Translations under genes and position numbers: made by a program | Assembly (NCBI GenBank): GCA_944393125.1 | Contig: CALXZB010000003.1 | Span: forward strand, 4,693-68,692 | DNA length: 64,000 bases | Source: an uncultured Clostridia bacterium | Lineage (GTDB): Bacteria; Bacillota; Clostridia; TANB77; CAG-508 | Direction: 5' to 3' | Shown: positions 59,574 to 64,000 of the stretch, piece by piece | How positions within the stretch are numbered: the first letter of the stretch is position 1 | How the letters are laid out: each line of letters begins with the position of its first letter | Notes under the pieces: generated by a model | The model's input: the letters and a program-made list of their open reading frames with translations, nothing else | Databases searched by the model: none | What the model was told of the DNA's origin: nothing

Positions 59574-60704
59574 ATGAAAAAAGATATATCAAAATTTATT
59601 AAATTAAAAGATTTGGTAAGTTTGTCTTTTAGAAGAAAACATATAATAGTGCTAGAACCAGAAGAAAATGAACCAAAAGATGTTAGCAGAAATATAATCT
59701 ATGACAAAGCAGAGTGGAAAATTCCAGATAAAATTGTTGCATTAGTTGATGAATTATCTGGAAATACGCAATTAAGCAATGAAGAAAAAATATTAATAAT
59801 TTATGAGGAATTATGCAAAGTGTATGTATATGATGACAATATAATATCATATATACAAAAAGTAGATGATGACACATATTCATTGCCAGACTGGTACGGA
59901 AGAGATGTTGGACAAGAATGGGAAAAAAATAGAGAACAACATAACAGAAGAGTATGTTATGAAGTATCTAGATACCTTGCAAAAGCCCTAAAAGAATTAT
60001 TTAAAAACCAAAAAGATTTTTATGTTACTATTCTTTGGGACAAAGCACTTACACATTATTTTGTAGGACTAACTTGTAATGAATATAGTATAACTTTAGA
60101 CTTAGATGATTTTAATAATATAAAAGACCTTACAAGATTAAAAACAGGACTTACTGCTGAAGGTATAATTATTTTTGAAGATAAAGAAAATAAATTTAAA
60201 AGAGCCATTGACCAATTTAATCAAGATAGAACAAAAAATGCAATAACAAAGATTGAAAGTGAAGTTGATAATAACAACGATGTGGGAGAAGATACAAGTT
60301 TAGCTTCAGAAGCTCAAAAATTGGAGATTCATATAGAGTCAGATGAAATTGCTTTTTTGAGAAATGTAATAGAAATATTAAGAGAAAAATATAAACTAGA
60401 TTCACAAGGGCTATATGAATATATAAAAGAGATTGTGGATATAAAACTAGGTCCTAAATCAAGAAAAAAAGTGTGGAAAGAAATAAAAGGCAAAGATAAT
60501 GAAGAAACAAGATATATAAGATGTTTGGTATTAGATATAGAAGGAGAAAAATATATAATTGATGTTGATAGTATGACATTAAGAAGATTTGATGAAGATG
60601 AATTGAAGAGAGTTGATAGAGAATTTTTTCCATATAAAGAATTATTAGGTGAAGAAATTATTAATTATAGAACTCTTAGAGAAGACCGTTACAATGGAAG
60701 ATAA
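59574..60704 (+). CDS. paralogue B of the preceding gene (376 aa)
   Basis: NRRVCYEVSRYLAKA ... THYFVGL ... TLDLDDF. Shares LDLDDFNNIKDLTR with paralogue A. Confidence 0.55.
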   Translation: MKKDISKFIKLKDLVSLSFRRKHIIVLEPEENEPKDVSRNIIYDKAEWKIPDKIVALVDELSGNTQLSNEEKILIIYEELCKVYVYDDNIISYIQKVDDDTYSLPDWYGRDVGQEWEKNREQHNRRVCYEVSRYLAKALKELFKNQKDFYVTILWDKALTHYFVGLTCNEYSITLDLDDFNNIKDLTRLKTGLTAEGIIIFEDKENKFKRAIDQFNQDRTKNAITKIESEVDNNNDVGEDTSLASEAQKLEIHIESDEIAFLRNVIEILREKYKLDSQGLYEYIKEIVDIKLGPKSRKKVWKEIKGKDNEETRYIRCLVLDIEGEKYIIDVDSMTLRRFDEDELKRVDREFFPYKELLGEEIINYRTLREDRYNGR

Positions 60705-60794
60705 TTAAGCAATATATTGAAAAATGAGTAAAAAAGTGATATAATAAAAGTGTAGTCAAAATTTGATTTTGTAGAAAGTGGAGGTACTGTTAAT

Positions 60795-61313
60795 ATGAAT
60801 AAACCAATTACAATTGCAATTGGAACAACATCGACAGACAAGATTTCCGGAATAATTGAAGCATTTAGCCGGATTTTTGGAGACCAAAAGGAATATGACT
60901 TCTGCTATATGAAAGTATCATCAGGAGTTCATGAACAGCCCATAGGAGATGAAACTTATATAGGTGCAAAAAATAGGGTAAATGCCCTGAAAGAAAAAGT
61001 ACCTAATATGCAGTTTTATATTGCCTGTGAGGCAGGATTACTAACTCAGTATGGTCAGTGTATGAATGTACATGTTGTATGTATTTTTGATGCTGAATCT
61101 GAGATGTATTTCTACGGTATGAGCGCTGGAGTAACACTTCCTTTTGAAGACATCGAGATGATTCGAGAAAAAAATCTGGATACATATCTTAAGGAAAAAG
61201 GAATCCGGTGCCTTCAAGATTTAGTTGGTAAAACTAGAAAAGACGAAGTAAAAACGGCTACAGAAAGAGCATTATGTGCAATGAACTTTAAGAAACAACA
61301 AATGAGACAGTAA
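60795..61313 (+). CDS. YjjX/DUF84-type non-canonical purine NTP phosphatase (ITPase/XTPase)
   Basis: IAIGTTSTDKI, VSSGVHEQPIGDETYIGAKNRV and IACEAG match YjjX-family motifs. GC-elevated. Confidence 0.75.
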   Translation: MNKPITIAIGTTSTDKISGIIEAFSRIFGDQKEYDFCYMKVSSGVHEQPIGDETYIGAKNRVNALKEKVPNMQFYIACEAGLLTQYGQCMNVHVVCIFDAESEMYFYGMSAGVTLPFEDIEMIREKNLDTYLKEKGIRCLQDLVGKTRKDEVKTATERALCAMNFKKQQMRQ

Positions 61314-61334
61314 AAGTCTCATTTGTTGTTTTTC
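61294..61334 (+). terminator. 15-bp perfect-stem terminator overlapping the stop of the ITPase gene
   Basis: AACAACAAATGAGAC-AGTAAAA-GTCTCATTTGTTGTT followed by TTTC. Confidence 0.7.
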
Positions 61335-61417
61335 AAAACAATTGACTAACTTATGTAAATATGGTAAAATATATAAGCAAGGCCAAAAAGCCTAAGTAAC
61401 TTTTAGGAGGCTCCAAC

Positions 61418-61840
61418 ATGGAACACAATTATGGAATTAACCAAGACATTGCCGAAAAGACTCCAATTACTGGGCAACCAATTCGGCTGGAAAAACCTTA
61501 CAAAAAGGTAATTCTGGTCAATGTTGCAGACTGTAAGAACAAAATTACAGTTGCACATGTAACAAAACGTTTGCAAGGAACAAGCTGGTATGAATGGGAA
61601 GAACTGCTTGCTCAATGGCTTGTAAGAGCTATTGTTGAAGCAATTCAAAACGGACAAACTGAAGCAGACATTACCAAAATGTTTTCTTGTGATCTGCAAG
61701 GAGAAGACCATCTTGGACCGTTTTTCAAAAAGCAGGAAATGATTATTCCATTTTTAATGGGGCGCCTGTTTGAATGTGTCACAGAAGATGACAAAATGAT
61801 GCGTGTACGCATCATTAAGAAGTCAATCTGTGAAGACTAA
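61418..61840 (+). CDS. hypothetical protein, 140 aa, GC-elevated orphan
   Basis: RBS AGGAGG. Followed by terminator TCACCTTT/AAAGGTGA plus a T-run at 61849-61892. Confidence 0.55.
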   Translation: MEHNYGINQDIAEKTPITGQPIRLEKPYKKVILVNVADCKNKITVAHVTKRLQGTSWYEWEELLAQWLVRAIVEAIQNGQTEADITKMFSCDLQGEDHLGPFFKKQEMIIPFLMGRLFECVTEDDKMMRVRIIKKSICED

Positions 61841-62004
61841 AACTCAAAATCACCTTTTCATGTACTTATGTATATGGAAAGGTGATTTTTTTGAAAAATT
61901 TTCAAAAAAACAGTAAAAAAATAAAGAATATTTTTTGTTGTTTTGATTAAAATATATATGAGTAAATAAAAATTTATTTATTCAGTTAAAAGGAGGAAAA
62001 TCTA

Positions 62005-62451
62005 ATGAAAGTTAAAGATTGTATGTGTGGCCAAGTTTACTGTGTAAAACCTAACACAAAAGTATGTGAAGTTGCAAAAATAATGAATCAAAATCATGTT
62101 GGATGTGTTCCAGTTTGTGATACACAGAATAATTTAGTTGGAATTATTACAGACAGAGATATAATACTTCGTACTATTGCATGTGACAAAGATGTAAAAA
62201 CAACAAATGCTAGTGACATTATGACATCCAAAGTTTGTACTTGTACTCAATATGATGATATTGCTGATGTGGAACGTAAAATGTCAACAAATCAAATTAG
62301 AAGGATTCCGGTTGTAGATAATAATACAGTTATAGGAATATTAACATTAGGCGATTTATCTCATTATAGTGAACAAATTGGAGAAGATAATTTTTGTAAT
62401 ACTATTGAAAATATTTGCGAGTGTAGAGGACAAGCAAAAAATAATTACTAG
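62005..62451 (+). CDS. CBS-domain pair protein
   Basis: Two CBS repeats (VGIITDRDI, RIPVVDNNTVIGILTLGDL). Confidence 0.85.
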   Translation: MKVKDCMCGQVYCVKPNTKVCEVAKIMNQNHVGCVPVCDTQNNLVGIITDRDIILRTIACDKDVKTTNASDIMTSKVCTCTQYDDIADVERKMSTNQIRRIPVVDNNTVIGILTLGDLSHYSEQIGEDNFCNTIENICECRGQAKNNY

Positions 62452-62552
62452 ATATAAGCACTTTTAACTATCAACTTAGACAGAACAAATTTAAGAAAAT
62501 TTTAAATTTTTCTTATTTGTTCTTCTAAGTATTAAGAGGAGTATATAAATAT

Positions 62553-63644
62553 ATGTCTGAAGATTTAAATTATATATATAAAGTTATTAGAAGAACATTA
62601 AACATAATATTGATTATTTTTGGAACTTACATAGGTATAAAGATGGCTATATTTTACATGCCTTTTTTAATAGCGTTTATAATATCCTTAATAATAGAAC
62701 CAGCAATTAGATATTTAATGAAAAAAACTAATTTAACAAGAAGGATGAGTTCAATAATAATATTTATAATTGTATTTTCAATAATTATAGGAGCTACAAC
62801 ATGGGGAATAATTTCTTTAATATCAGAGTCAACTAATTTACTACAAACACTAAACATATATATAGATAAAGCATATACACAAATACAAGAAGCTATAGGA
62901 AAAATGAGCATTACAAAAATAAGAGTATCTAACAACATATTTAATTTTGTACAAGAAACTTCAGCAGAAATTTTATTAAAAATATCAAACTGGTTAACTA
63001 GAATTTTGACAAAACTAATAAATGTTATAACTTCAATTCCTACAATTACTATATATACAGTAATAACAATACTTTCTTTATATTTTATATGTATAGATAG
63101 AATATATATTTTAGATTTTATGGAACATCATATGCCATCTAAGTGGGTACAAAAATTAGCAATACATATAAAAGAAATTTCTAAAAATTTAGGTGGTTAT
63201 TTAAAAGCAGAAGTAATTTTAATTTTAGTTTCTTTTATTATTTCTGTTATAGGACTATATATTTTTAAATTCTGTGGTATGAATGTAAAATATCCATTAT
63301 TAGTAGCATTAGCTATTGGGTTTGTTGATGCACTTCCTATTTTAGGCTCTGGAACAGTAATGGTTCCATGGGCTATTATATCTGCATTAAATGGAGATTT
63401 AAAACTAGGAATTGCTATAATAATTTTATGGATTATAATGTCTGTAGTAAGACAAGTTTTAGAACCTAAGATTGTTAGTGGAAAAATAGGAATTCACCCA
63501 ATTTTTACTCTTATTGCTATGTACACAGGCTTTAAAATTATTGGTGTTATAGGAATGCTTGTTGGACCAATTGTACTTATTGTGATAAAAAGCATATTTT
63601 CAAATATTCTTGAACAGGGAATAACCAAAAGTTTTGGAAAATAA
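62553..63644 (+). CDS. ytvI: AI-2E/PerM-family membrane protein, YtvI-like (sporulation integral membrane protein)
   Basis: Eight-TM profile with LEPKIVSGKIGIHPIFTLIAMYTGFK...GPI near the C-terminus. Confidence 0.75.
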   Translation: MSEDLNYIYKVIRRTLNIILIIFGTYIGIKMAIFYMPFLIAFIISLIIEPAIRYLMKKTNLTRRMSSIIIFIIVFSIIIGATTWGIISLISESTNLLQTLNIYIDKAYTQIQEAIGKMSITKIRVSNNIFNFVQETSAEILLKISNWLTRILTKLINVITSIPTITIYTVITILSLYFICIDRIYILDFMEHHMPSKWVQKLAIHIKEISKNLGGYLKAEVILILVSFIISVIGLYIFKFCGMNVKYPLLVALAIGFVDALPILGSGTVMVPWAIISALNGDLKLGIAIIILWIIMSVVRQVLEPKIVSGKIGIHPIFTLIAMYTGFKIIGVIGMLVGPIVLIVIKSIFSNILEQGITKSFGK

Positions 63645-63715
63645 TATTATAAAAAGTATTTGTGTAATAAATACTAAAGAACCTCATATACTTAAATAAG
63701 TAATGGAGGTTTTTT

Positions 63716-64000
63716 ATGTTTATATATAATTTAAAAATAAATGGAGGAATTGCACTAAAGACTATAATAATATTATTATCTTTATTCATGCTGATAGTAT
63801 TTGGTATCAGCATTTACAGAATCTTTTTTACAGAAAAAAGATTTTTGGTAAAAGATGATATTGTAAAAAATGAAATAACTGAAATACAAGCTGAAAATTA
63901 CACTAATATATTACAATCTGTACATGATAATATCGATTCATATGAAGGATTAAAAATAAAATTTTCAGGATATGTATATAGATTAATAGACTTTGAGGAA
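63716..64000 (+). CDS. membrane-anchored hypothetical protein, 5' part (runs off the window)
   Basis: ATG behind GGAGG. One TM (ALKTIIILLSLFMLIVFGISIY). The frame is open to base 64000. Absent from the ORF track because there is no stop codon. Confidence 0.5.
   Translation, partial: MFIYNLKINGGIALKTIIILLSLFMLIVFGISIYRIFFTEKRFLVKDDIVKNEITEIQAENYTNILQSVHDNIDSYEGLKIKFSGYVYRLIDFEE

Noticed and set aside
63680-63718. Hairpin AACCTC...GAGGTT plus T-run overlapping the RBS of the last (partial) gene
   Set aside because: The 6-bp stem with a 20-nt loop is weak. It is more simply explained as the ytvI terminator region happening to include the next gene's SD.

Overview
This is a low-GC (roughly 27-30% by eye) Firmicutes/Clostridia-type chromosomal segment, transcribed almost entirely on the + strand and dominated by housekeeping operons. 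These are aspS (3' part), T-box-controlled pheST, ylxM-ffh-rpsP-KH-rimM-trmD-rplS, a Lon-like protease, ogg, murD, efp, uvrB (frameshifted), tRNA-Tyr, miaB, mutS, rimP-nusA-ylxR-infB-rbfA-nrnA-truB, metG, tig-clpP-clpX, polA, guaA (- strand) and ytvI. Accessory material is interspersed. (i) A variable gap between pheT and ylxM (about 6.9-11.7 kb) holds a GC-rich foreign ORF and a type I toxin-antitoxin-like micro-module. It also holds an 833-aa adenosine-deaminase-fold protein fused to a SLOG/LOG-like domain, plus a 299-aa coiled-coil partner. This pair is my best candidate for an undescribed defence- or nucleotide-signalling-type system. (ii) An intact IS1182-family element with 63-bp perfect terminal inverted repeats is inserted at the ogg stop codon. 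(iii) An integrase-less islet of orphan genes lies downstream of tRNA-Tyr. (iv) A MITE-like nested inverted repeat follows clpX. (v) Tandem paralogues with a transglutaminase/papain-like Cys-His-Asp signature are followed by a GC-elevated two-gene islet encoding a YjjX-type ITPase. I saw no rRNA and no CRISPR array. All functional calls come from motif recognition by eye on the supplied translations and sequence. No database search was run, and GC values are hand counts on sampled lines.
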